In this document: positions 1-9,500 of the stretch, piece by piece
How positions within the stretch are numbered: position 1 is the first letter of the stretch
Layout: every line of letters starts with the position of its first letter
The notes under the pieces: model-generated
Told to the model about the DNA's origin: nothing
Database searches by the model: none
The model's input: only the letters and a program-made list of their open reading frames with translations
Assembly: GCA_029555025.1 (NCBI GenBank)
Contig: JAKPTZ010000004.1
Span: forward strand, 3,373-67,372
DNA length: 64,000 nucleotides
Direction: 5' to 3'
Source: Deltaproteobacteria bacterium
GTDB taxonomy: Bacteria > Myxococcota_A > UBA9042 > DTJE01
Position numbers and translations under genes: made by a program

Positions 1-18
1 TGGGTAATCTTCAACTGG

Positions 19-1002
19 TCAAACGTCAGCATCAATTGCCCCTGCGTCATGACCGGCCACGCCGGCACCATCAACGGCCGGTCGGAGGATCCGGCACTTC
101 TCAATCAGAACCGGGTGCCAGGAACTCTTGGTCTTCCGCAAACCCTCGACGCCCATGTCCTGTTCCCGGTTCATATATACGACGTCGGGCGGCATAAGGG
201 AAGCAACGCCGCTGCAGATGGCCTGATACGCGCCCCGAACAGCCGCGTCGGCCTTTTCGAAATGAACCGTGGCCATGTCCGAATGGGTTCTGTCGCAGAT
301 GGCCATGCCCGCGAGCGCGCCGTCCACGTCAAGGCCAAAAACTTCCAATCCAAGTGGAACCGCGAATTCGATGGCACGCCGGACAGCGTCCAGTTCAAGC
401 TGCAAGTCGCGATCCCCGGCGTCATCGGCGCGATCGAGGGCCCACTTGTGGACGTAGTCCAGCAGTTCGTGCCGGCGATCGTCAGCGTTCAAGCGTACTA
501 CCCGCCATTGATGATCGCGGGAAAGCGCGGAAATATGATTGCGCTTGTGGGCAAATCGCTTTCCGGGAAGTTCGGCGAGATCCGTGCGCAGATAGATATA
601 ATCGTTGTTATCTGGGTCGGGCAGGGCGGCAAGGCCGTCCGGAACACGACTGCACCCGGGGGAATCCGGCACGTAGTCGATCGCGGGTGGCGAACCGGCA
701 CTGGCAAGCCACTCAAGACATGAATCGACCGCCCGCCTGGAATCGCCGAAACCGACCGGACAGGTGAATCGAAACTGACCGCCGGTCTCGAACCTGATGA
801 CCAGCGTGTCGTTAAGAATCGCCCACACGCTCTTGTTGTAGGACTGCCAGCAATACTGGACGGCGAACGAATACTCGCAAAGGCGCCCACCGCCAGCCTT
901 GAAAAACTTTTCAAGGAAAAGGCGGTCATCAAGTTTGAAATCGTGAAATTCGATTCGGGTCGATGGGCTCGCGGCCCCATGCCCCATGAAGGCAAGGTTC
1001 AT
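19..1002 (-). CDS. DUF2156 / lysyl-phosphatidylglycerol-synthase C-terminal-domain-like protein (stand-alone)
   Basis: 327 aa ORF with stop at 19-21. Contains the motif run FHDFKLDD..LFLEKFF..CEYSFAVQYCWQ, typical of the MprF C-terminal (LPG_synthase_C/DUF2156) family. No TM segments. Confidence 0.5.
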   Translation of the reverse strand: MNLAFMGHGAASPSTRIEFHDFKLDDRLFLEKFFKAGGGRLCEYSFAVQYCWQSYNKSVWAILNDTLVIRFETGGQFRFTCPVGFGDSRRAVDSCLEWLASAGSPPAIDYVPDSPGCSRVPDGLAALPDPDNNDYIYLRTDLAELPGKRFAHKRNHISALSRDHQWRVVRLNADDRRHELLDYVHKWALDRADDAGDRDLQLELDAVRRAIEFAVPLGLEVFGLDVDGALAGMAICDRTHSDMATVHFEKADAAVRGAYQAICSGVASLMPPDVVYMNREQDMGVEGLRKTKSSWHPVLIEKCRILRPAVDGAGVAGHDAGAIDADV

Positions 1003-1008
1003 AAATGG

Positions 1009-1446
1009 TCACCGTGGATTCCCGTCCGGAATCTTCAACAGCATCGGCACATGATCCGGCATCGGCTCGAAGCCAAGCGCCCGGTAAAATGGAACGGTTC
1101 CCGGCGCGGCGACCAGGCCGATCCACCCGAGGCCCCTGCGTCGGCCCTCGGCGGCCAGCAGACTGACAATCCTTCGCCCAAGGCCCAGCCCTCTTGATGA
1201 AGCCTGGACGACAACGTCCTGGATATACCCGTCGCTGGCCCCGTCCGAAATCATCCGTCCCATTCCAATGGTACGCCCCTGACTGTCGATGGCCGCGGCG
1301 ATCAGGAAGGAGCCATCAAGAAGGCGTCGCATGGCTGACGGATCTTCCCCGTCCCGGAACCAGCCGGCCTCGCGCAGCAGGGCAATGTGATCCGCCACGG
1401 GAATTCCGTCAACGATTTCGACCCTGACGTTTGTGACTTCGGGCAT
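1009..1446 (-). CDS. GNAT family N-acetyltransferase
   Basis: The C-terminal part of the 235 aa ORF carries a GNAT acetyl-CoA motif (IQDVVVQASSRGLGLGRRIV...FYRALGFE). The internal ATG at 1446 avoids overlap with the EF-G gene start, and the longer N-terminal extension looks spurious. Confidence 0.6.
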   Translation of the reverse strand: MPEVTNVRVEIVDGIPVADHIALLREAGWFRDGEDPSAMRRLLDGSFLIAAAIDSQGRTIGMGRMISDGASDGYIQDVVVQASSRGLGLGRRIVSLLAAEGRRRGLGWIGLVAAPGTVPFYRALGFEPMPDHVPMLLKIPDGNPR

Positions 1447-1684
1447 TTCCACGGTTAATCCGGATTCTTTGGCCACGGGAACAATAAGAACAGCACCCGG
1501 CGCCGTCAAGTGACGATCGCAGGCAATTCCGCACCGATTTTCGCGCCTGATAATCAATCCTTTCGTGCGGCTTTGGATTGACACTGCGACCGGAATCGAA
1601 TACAAAACAGCGCCCGCAAAGTTTGCGCTGGGTGGCCCGGTGTCGCCGGACCTGGTTTTGGCGTCTTTCTGAAGGTATTGAAAT

Positions 1685-3763
1685 ATGAAGATCTTTGAAC
1701 CTGGACAAATCCGCAACGTCGGTCTGTATGGACATCAGGGCTCTGGCAAGACTACGCTGGCTGAAGCGATGGTCTATCTGGGAAAGACTTCCAACAGGCT
1801 TTGCAGCGTCCAGGAAGGCAATTCGAACTTCGACTTTGATTCCGAAGAAATTCGCAAGCGCAGCTCGATTTCCGCCGCTGTCGGATACGCACAGTGGAAC
1901 AAGAAGCTTATTAACATCGTCGATGTCCCCGGCGACACCAATTTCGCCGCCGAATCGGTCATGGCCGTGATGGGCACCGACCTTGCGCTTATCGTGGTCA
2001 GCGCCGTGGACGGCGTGCAGGTTGGAACCGAAAAGGCCATCGAACTGCTTCTTGAAAACGAAATTCCGATGATGGTCGTGGTGACAAAGGTCGATCGCGA
2101 GCGCGCCGACTACGGCAAGATCGTGGCCGACCTTCAGAACCGTTATGGCAACGCCGTCGTTCCGATGGCCCTTCCTACCGGCAATGAATCCAATTTCAAG
2201 GGCATCGTTGACCTGGTCAACAATTGCGCCTTCACGTATGCCGATCCGATGAACGGCGCCAAGGGCGACGTCCCCGCGGCAATGGCTTCCGCCGTTTCCG
2301 ACGCCAGGGAACCCCTGGTTGAAAAGCTTGCCGAACAGGACGACGACCTGATGGAAAAGTATTTCGGCGAAGGCGAGCTTTCGACCGAAGATCTTCGCAC
2401 CGCACTGACGGTCGGGTTCAAGAAGGCCGGCGTCATCCCCGTTCTGCCAGTCAACGCGGCAACGGCCATGGGCGTCGATTTCCTGATGAACGTCATTGCA
2501 GGTCACGGCCCGTCGCCGCTCGACCGCAAGGGCCTGAAGGTTCAGAAGGGCGATGCCACGACCGATCTTGTCATCGATCCCGACGGCAAGTTCATGGCTT
2601 ACGTCTTCAAGAGCATCGTCGATTTGCAGGCCGGCCGCATCAGCGTTTTCCGCGTCGCATCCGGTTCCATCGCCCAGGATGGCCAGTTCGTGAATCTTTC
2701 CACCGGCGCCAAGGAGCGCTTCGGCAGCCTTGTCAAGCTGCTTGGAAAGAAGCAGGAACAGGTTGAAAAGGCGGTATGCGGCGACATCGTCGCCGTCGTG
2801 AAGCTGAAGGAAACCAATTCCGGCCACACGATCGGTGCCGAGGACGGCATGGGTACGCTGGTTCTGCCGCCGCTGCCGACCCCGTGCATTTCGTTCGCAG
2901 TCAAGCCGAAGAACACCAGCGATGAAGACAAGCTTTCGGCAGCAATCCAGAAGATCGTCGAGGAAGACCCGGGGCTGCGCCTGTCCCGCGACGACGAATC
3001 GAAGGAATTCCTTGTCAGCGGACTTGGCCAGGTTCACGTTCAGTCGGCAGTCGATAAGCTGAAGAACAAGTTCAACGTCGATGTCGAACTGAAGCTGCCC
3101 AGGATTCCGTACCGCGAAACGATTCGCGGCGCCGCGAAGAACGTCGAAGGAAAGCATAAGAAGCAGTCCGGCGGTCGTGGCCAGTTCGGCGTCTGCTATA
3201 TCGACATGGGACCGAACGTCCGCGGAAGCGGATTCGAGTTCGAGGATGCAATTTTCGGCGGGTCGATTCCGAAGCAGTTCATTCCGCCGATCAAGAAGGG
3301 CATGGAAGATTGCATGACCCGTGGCGTTGTCGCCGGTTACCCCGTCGTCGATATCAAGGTCAAGCTGATCGACGGAAAGTATCATGACGTCGATTCCGAC
3401 GCCCGTTCGTTCGAAATGGCCGGTTCGCGCGGCTTCAAGGCGGCCTTCAAGCTTTGCACCCCGATCATTCTGGAACCGATCATGGAGCTGACCATCGTCG
3501 TGCCCGAGGAGTATCAGGGCACGGTCATGGGCGACATCAGCAGCCGCCGCGGCAGGATCATGGGTGGCGACGCGGCCAACGGCAAGCAGATTGTCAAGGC
3601 CACGGTTCCGATGTCCGAATGTCAGACCTACGCGTCCGACCTTCGTTCGATGACGTCGGATCGCGGCTCGTTCTCGATGGTGTTTGATCACTACGAGGAA
3701 CTGCCGCCGAACCTGACCGAAAAGCTGATCGCCGAAGCGAAGCTGGAAGAAGACGAAGAATAG
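1685..3763 (+). CDS. Elongation factor G family translational GTPase (EF-G paralogue)
   Basis: 692 aa with a G-domain (GHQGSGKTT, DVPGDTNF, TKVDR) followed by EF-G domains II-V. The N-terminus differs from canonical FusA (AHIDAGKTT), so it is called as an EF-G paralogue. Confidence 0.85.
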   Translation: MKIFEPGQIRNVGLYGHQGSGKTTLAEAMVYLGKTSNRLCSVQEGNSNFDFDSEEIRKRSSISAAVGYAQWNKKLINIVDVPGDTNFAAESVMAVMGTDLALIVVSAVDGVQVGTEKAIELLLENEIPMMVVVTKVDRERADYGKIVADLQNRYGNAVVPMALPTGNESNFKGIVDLVNNCAFTYADPMNGAKGDVPAAMASAVSDAREPLVEKLAEQDDDLMEKYFGEGELSTEDLRTALTVGFKKAGVIPVLPVNAATAMGVDFLMNVIAGHGPSPLDRKGLKVQKGDATTDLVIDPDGKFMAYVFKSIVDLQAGRISVFRVASGSIAQDGQFVNLSTGAKERFGSLVKLLGKKQEQVEKAVCGDIVAVVKLKETNSGHTIGAEDGMGTLVLPPLPTPCISFAVKPKNTSDEDKLSAAIQKIVEEDPGLRLSRDDESKEFLVSGLGQVHVQSAVDKLKNKFNVDVELKLPRIPYRETIRGAAKNVEGKHKKQSGGRGQFGVCYIDMGPNVRGSGFEFEDAIFGGSIPKQFIPPIKKGMEDCMTRGVVAGYPVVDIKVKLIDGKYHDVDSDARSFEMAGSRGFKAAFKLCTPIILEPIMELTIVVPEEYQGTVMGDISSRRGRIMGGDAANGKQIVKATVPMSECQTYASDLRSMTSDRGSFSMVFDHYEELPPNLTEKLIAEAKLEEDEE

Positions 3764-3776
3764 GTCTTCTGGGGGC

Positions 3777-3800
3777 GGGCGAATTTTCATTCGCCCGTAC
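3777..3800 (+). repeat. REP-like palindromic element, type A (GGGCGAAT-TTTC-ATTCGCCC-GTAC)
   Basis: Perfect 8-bp stem with a 4-nt loop and a GTAC tail, 14 bp after the EF-G stop in a convergent intergenic region. The same motif recurs at 21.1, 21.3, 23.7 and 33.6 kb. Confidence 0.7.
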
Positions 3801-3823
3801 GGGGGACGAACCGGTTCGAAGGG

Positions 3824-4756
3824 TCATTCGTCCGCAGGGTGGCCGGGGCCGGTGCCAGCCACGTCTGAAAATTCCCTTTCCCTTTCCTTCAGGTATTGAT
3901 CATCCGGCTTAAGGGCAAGCGCCTCGCGTGCGACTTCCAGGGCCTCGGCGGGTCTGCCGCTGGCGGCAAGCGCATGGGCAAGCGTGTCAAGATATCCGGC
4001 GTTCTTGCGGCAGGTCTGCACGACCGCGCTTTCCGCCAGCTTCAGTGCGCGTCCCGGGTCGCGAAGCCCCAGGTGTGGCGTGGTTGACAGCAGCCATGCC
4101 GCGTTGTTCAGGATGGCCGCGGCCCGCGGGCCGCGGATGTGTCCGATTTCCTTCAGGGCAGCGTCATAGGCCGCCGCAAGTTCCATCGTCAGTCCGACAT
4201 CCTCCGGGGCGGCGAACTGCCTGGACTCGGCCACATCGACCTGACCAATCAAGCGGGTGATTTCCGGGTTCGGTACAAGCGGTTGATCCAGCTTGCGGCC
4301 ATAGCCGCGATTCTTCATGATGGCCTCAGCCCGGACATAGTTGCGGTAATACCACTTCCAGCTTCCCCACCATGCAAGGGCGCCGACGACAATAATGCCC
4401 CCAACGATGAAGACCTTGTAGCGTGCCCAGAACTGACGGAATGTAAGCGTCTGCTTTTCAGGCCGGCGGGCCGATCTGGCCGGCAGGGAATGTTCCGTCA
4501 CGAACCCGTCGGCCGAGCTCAGGACGATGTCGCCCGGCCTTGCGCCGCCGGCGGTGGAATCAACGCCCGCGGGCCTTCTCATCGCCTCGGATGGAGTAAC
4601 CTGCGGAACCCGGCGCCCCGCGACAGTGCTTTCCGGCGGGATCGTGCCGGAATGGCCGCAGGACGGGCAGCAGACCTGGCGTCCCGCCCAGGGTTGGGGA
4701 CATTCCAGCGGCCGCCCGCATTCATCGCATTCAAAAAAGATCCTCTGGTCGTGCAT
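3824..4756 (-). CDS. Hypothetical membrane protein with N-terminal zinc-ribbon and C-terminal TPR-like region
   Basis: CxxC..CxxC zinc-ribbon (FECDECGRP...CCPSCGHSG), one TM helix (IVGGIIVVGALAWWGSW), and TPR-like helices at the C-terminus. Confidence 0.5.
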   Translation of the reverse strand: MHDQRIFFECDECGRPLECPQPWAGRQVCCPSCGHSGTIPPESTVAGRRVPQVTPSEAMRRPAGVDSTAGGARPGDIVLSSADGFVTEHSLPARSARRPEKQTLTFRQFWARYKVFIVGGIIVVGALAWWGSWKWYYRNYVRAEAIMKNRGYGRKLDQPLVPNPEITRLIGQVDVAESRQFAAPEDVGLTMELAAAYDAALKEIGHIRGPRAAAILNNAAWLLSTTPHLGLRDPGRALKLAESAVVQTCRKNAGYLDTLAHALAASGRPAEALEVAREALALKPDDQYLKEREREFSDVAGTGPGHPADE

Positions 4757-4760
4757 GCTG

Positions 4761-6386
4761 TTAATGCCGCCCCGGCCCGACCTTGATGCCGGACTCGATG
4801 GTCACCCCGTCAAGCACGAACGGCGGAAGCCCAGTTCTGCCGGCCCGCGGAACACCCACCCGATCACCGGTTTGCAGCGGCGCCCGAGTCCAGTCGCGTC
4901 GGGAAGGCCCCGATCCAGGCGACAGATCCCGTATTCCGCTGTATGCGGCGTCCTGCTTGCTGCACCGGGGATTGCCCTGATAAGGATACCCGAACTCCTT
5001 CAGCACCCGGTCGGCAAGAGCGGGATCCTTTTCCGGGTAAAGGCAAAGCGCCGAATCCAGGAAGTTGAAAAGGTCGGCATCCCGCGGCCAGTCAATACCT
5101 TCAAGAAAGATGTCCGACGAAATGGTTTCGGCCATTTCTTCAAGCGACATCGACGCGTCGGGATCCGGCGTCGTTCCGGAGCCGTCCCAGATCATGTACA
5201 GCGTCCTGGCCACCCAGTTTTCATCAAGCTCCTGGTTGGTGGATTCTTTCACATCGGGGAAGACCATGTACGACTCGCCGCCGGTCGCGGTGTGGTAAAC
5301 GCCCTGGTTGAAATCGACGAAAAACCACGACCCGCCCTGGATGTCCCAATAGACCGGCCACACATCGTCAAACCAGAGCGTCGCGGTGACCAGCGACGTG
5401 AAGGTGGCCCATCCCTCGCTGAAGGCGAACTTGGGAATCAGTTCCTGACCGATGTAGTGATACCCGCCCGGACTGTTGTCCTTGGAATACGAGTCCAGTA
5501 TGTAATGGCCGAATTCGTGAAAGAGAACCGACCACCCCCAGGAAGAAGCGTCGCCCGGCGAATCTACAATGGATATCATGGTCTTCAATCGCGGGCCCTG
5601 GGACGTTCCGATATGGGACTCCTCGAGGCCGTGATAGCAGGTGCACCGGACGTACCAGTCGTCGGCCGGGCCGAAAATGACCGCAAGCGGAATCGCCTGA
5701 CCCGCGATGCCCCCGACAAGGGGGTTCACGATCTGCTGGAATGCCAGCTTGTTCATCATGAAGACGAAGAGGGCGCCGGATCCATCCTCGATGTCGATGG
5801 TAACGGAACCGACGTTTCCGCCGACAGGCACATCGACGTACCAGACGAAAGGATCGAATGTCGCCTTGCCGGGGTCGCGCCCTTCGCTTAAGGAATCAAG
5901 TACCGCCATGACGACCTGGCCGTCAACGGCCCAGACCGTTGAAACAACCAGCTTCTCGCTTCCCGACAGGGGTTCCTGAACGGGAACCGAGAACCTGCCG
6001 TCCGAGCCTTCGACCGATCCGGCCCCAAGAATGTTTCCCTGATCGTCGATGACTGTGACAAGCACGTCGCGTACGGGAACTTCGTCGGGCCCGGAAACGA
6101 CGACGCGGCCCAGGCTGACATCGCCGAACATGTACTCAATGAAAAGGTTGCCGGTCACGTGGTATTTCCCGTCGCCGGTGCACTGGCCTGAAACCGGCTC
6201 GCAGAAAAGCCCGGGATCGCACTCGCCGCAGGAGCCATGACATCCGTCCGTCCCGCAGGAACGGCCGTCGCACTTCGGGGTACACCCGTTGGGCGGCCTG
6301 AAGCGGCCGAGTCCGTCATCGCAGGCAATCACACACGGAAGTGCCGCGCACAGCAGCAATGTCGCAAAGCGGAAATCGTGACGCAT
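4761..6386 (-). CDS. Secreted zinc metalloprotease (HEXXH) with N-terminal Cys-rich module
   Basis: Signal peptide MRHDFRFATLLLCAALPCVIA starts at the ATG at 6386 (the ORF extends to 6464). Cys-rich module CDGRSCGTDGCHGSCGECDPG. Zinc-binding motif LFHEFGHYILDSY. Confidence 0.6.
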   Translation of the reverse strand: MRHDFRFATLLLCAALPCVIACDDGLGRFRPPNGCTPKCDGRSCGTDGCHGSCGECDPGLFCEPVSGQCTGDGKYHVTGNLFIEYMFGDVSLGRVVVSGPDEVPVRDVLVTVIDDQGNILGAGSVEGSDGRFSVPVQEPLSGSEKLVVSTVWAVDGQVVMAVLDSLSEGRDPGKATFDPFVWYVDVPVGGNVGSVTIDIEDGSGALFVFMMNKLAFQQIVNPLVGGIAGQAIPLAVIFGPADDWYVRCTCYHGLEESHIGTSQGPRLKTMISIVDSPGDASSWGWSVLFHEFGHYILDSYSKDNSPGGYHYIGQELIPKFAFSEGWATFTSLVTATLWFDDVWPVYWDIQGGSWFFVDFNQGVYHTATGGESYMVFPDVKESTNQELDENWVARTLYMIWDGSGTTPDPDASMSLEEMAETISSDIFLEGIDWPRDADLFNFLDSALCLYPEKDPALADRVLKEFGYPYQGNPRCSKQDAAYSGIRDLSPGSGPSRRDWTRAPLQTGDRVGVPRAGRTGLPPFVLDGVTIESGIKVGPGRH

Positions 6387-6505
6387 TGCATCAATCCGTA
6401 ACTTCAAGTAATTTTGAACGAACCGACCGCGATGATATCCCGGGTTCAGTCGTTCAGTCATCAATTATCCCGGTTTTGTAGTAAAATCCCGACCTGTTTT
6501 CGTGC

Positions 6506-9500
6506 TTGCCCGCCGGATCTGGCGGGATGACGCGCTTTGCGAGGTATCCCATGGACAGTCCACGCCCGGCGATTTCGATCAGGACTTCAAGGTTTGCCAG
6601 CGCATGGGGGCTTGACGCGCTCTCGCCAGCAAGGTTTCCCTGGCCGGTTGACTGGGACTTCAGCGAGCTTTCCGGCGACCAGGTGTCCGAAAGCAGCATC
6701 AGGTTACAGTTCAAGCTTCGGTCCGGAATGCATGCGGTCCGCTTCACGCGTGATTTTTCGCTTGATATCGACATTGCCGACGGCTCGTCGGCATCCGTTG
6801 AACTGGTTACCGGACGGGCGCGGCCGCCTGTTTCCGGTGGGGCCGCGGGCCAGGATCCCGAAGGATCCCCCGGGGCGGCGGGCGACGGCACCGACCAGGC
6901 AGGCTGTTCGGTCGTTGACCTGGTCAGCGTCAGCTTTGACAGTCCCCTGGTTATCCGCAACGTTTTCGGTGCCGTCCGCGGGGCGCACACTCTGTTCGAT
7001 AACATCGAGGTGAAGGAGTTCCTGAACAGGCTGCTTGCGGTCACCGGGCGGTTTGCAGTCGATCTGGAGTCAGCAGCCAGCGCCGCATCGGAGAGGTTCG
7101 TCCTCGTTCGCAAGCTTTTTGACCAGGCGGCCGGCCGCGTCCCGGAAGTCGCCGACATGGCAAGAAAGGGTTTTGACCGCCTTGGAAGCGCCTTCGCGGC
7201 ACGACTTGGCGAGCCGGTCTCGCTGGAGATATCGGCGGTCAGTTTCAGGCTGGCCCCGGCTCCTGACTGGGCTGGATCGGATTGTCCCATTCTTGTTCCT
7301 TCCATTACCGGTTCGTTCGTGCTGTCGCATACCGGCGCCCGGGCCAGATTTGAGGACATCGAGGTTCCATCAATACTTCTGCCGCGGTTCAATTCGAATC
7401 TGACCGACCTTCTGAAGGGCAACGTTATGGTTGGCGGGGCCTTCAAGAAGCAGGCTGTCGGAGTTTCCAACCTCATGCTCGATGTGGCTGGAATGCTTGG
7501 AGCCTTTCAGGGAACCATCGATGCGACGGTCGCCCTGCCGGCCCTGCGCACGTCCTGGCGCCAGGCCGATCGCTCTGATGTTGTCGCCGAACTGTGGACC
7601 GGATCGTCACAGGCGAAGATTCACGCCGCATTCCAGGTTGCGAAAGAGGGTGATGATGCCGTATTCGACGTGTCCCAACTCTCGATCGGCGAGCCGGATT
7701 CCCGGCGCAGTTTCAAGCTTCAGGCCGGGCTGACCGTTTTCGGCCTGTTTCGCGACGGATTGTCCATGCCGACGGCGGTTCGGGGAACATTGCGCCAGAC
7801 AAACAGGGGAAGTCTTCCGGTAACGTATCTTCGTCTGGAAGGCCGGAATCCGCTTCTGAAGTCCGGCAACGCGATGATCATGCGCATCGACGAACTGAAG
7901 ACCGGTGGTCGGGTGGATTTTGGATTTTCCGCCAGTGGCAACCCTGTTTTTGAACTTCCTGATCGGGATTTCGTTCTTCAATCGGTCTTCAGTGTCCCGG
8001 ATCAGTGTTTCGGGCCGGCCGGAACAATTGACCTCTTTGGCGCAATCAGGCGTGGTAATCTGAAGGCCTGCGTGACGGCGGTTCCGGGCTCCGGGTTCGA
8101 CGTGCAGCTTTCCGGCTGTTTCCCGGCGGCTTTCAAGATTCAGACCGACCTTCGCCATGTGCCCGAACTCGATATCGAGCCGGGTCGCCTGGAGATATCC
8201 GGCAGCGGAACCGTGACCGCCGAACTGGGGGTCGGCGTGGCCATGCCCGCAATGAAGGCCTCGGCCATTTCGTTTTCACCTCGCGGCAAGGTTGGGCTGA
8301 CGCTTGCCCACCTGCAGGTTCGTGATCCCCAGCGCAAGGTAAAGGCACTGTCCCCCATAACGATTGGAGGTACGGTCCGTGAAGGCGTGATCGCCGCGGA
8401 TGGAGATGGCGATGTTGGCCTGGATCTTGAGTGGCGTCTTGAGACGCCCAGAATTGAAATCTGTTCGGACCGATGCCGCCAGGTGTCCGATTTGCCGCTG
8501 CGCATGATGACCGGCCGTCAGACGGTGCGGGTCAGTCCGGGCGGCCGAATCAGTCTTGCGGGGAACGAAGGGTCGCTTGTGCGCCCCGATCTTCTGAAGG
8601 CGCTGGCCAGTCCCTTCAACAATGCCGGGACGATTCTGGAACTGCTCGATGACGATGAACTGGTTTACGGTTCACTTGATTCGCTGGCGCAACTAGCGGC
8701 ACTGTTCAACCGTCCGGTGGCGGATCGGCTCGTCGCGGTTCGGGACTGGATTATCGGGGTTCGAAGCCACGCAAGGGCCGTCGGCGTCGCAAAGCCCGGG
8801 GATCTGCTGGACATGGCGGTCCTTTCCAGGCTGGTTTCACGCATCATCGTCGGCGACGAGTCAATTTCTGACGAACTGCGGCCTTTGCTGTCATCCCTTG
8901 GCGACGGCCAGGGTTTCGACGACAAGGCGGCGCGCATGCTGATGATCCGTCACCGCCCGGACATCACCGACACTTACGAATTCGACCTGATTGTTTCCTG
9001 GATAGGGATTCTTACGACCCCGGTCGATCATTACAATCGTGCCGTCCCGGTCAACCTTCCGCCGGTTTCGGATGATCCTTCCGTGGCCGCCGCCATCAGG
9101 GACATACCTGCCGCATCAACCCTTTATAAGTGGTTTTCCGGTGGCGAGCCGGCCCAGGATAAGGTCGAGACGGTCGTCCGCCTGGCCCCGATGATGTTCA
9201 TCGAGCAGCTTGAATACGTGCTTTCCGGGATGAAGGGGACTGCTTTCAACCAGGAACGCGCCATGCTTCAGTACGCCCTGTCCGCCAAGAGGGCCATCAG
9301 CAGGGCGGTCAACCCCGGCGAACTCGCGAACATGTACATCGTCCCACGCGCCTCCGTCATTGCCGGATTCCTTGGCGACATAATAGGGCCGATCCCGGGT
9401 ATTGACGGCCCGGGGGCTGAAGTACCACCACCGGCGCCGCTTGGCCCCCGAGACATCGCCGAAATCCTGGAAATCGGCCTCGGTTCGCAGGTTCAGGGCG

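Noticed and set aside
1409-3790. 793-aa ORF antisense to the EF-G gene
   Set aside because: It overlaps a strongly supported conserved gene on the opposite strand. Its composition is Arg/Gly/Ala-rich, as expected of stop-poor antisense frames in 65% GC DNA.
6454-7476. 340-aa ORF antisense to the start of the 1587-aa gene. Similar long antisense ORFs lie at 9116-10222, 19449-20450, 21960-23652, 24077-25693 and 60276-62645
   Set aside because: All lie opposite longer, domain-containing ORFs and show low-complexity Arg/Pro/Ser-rich translations. They are GC artefacts.
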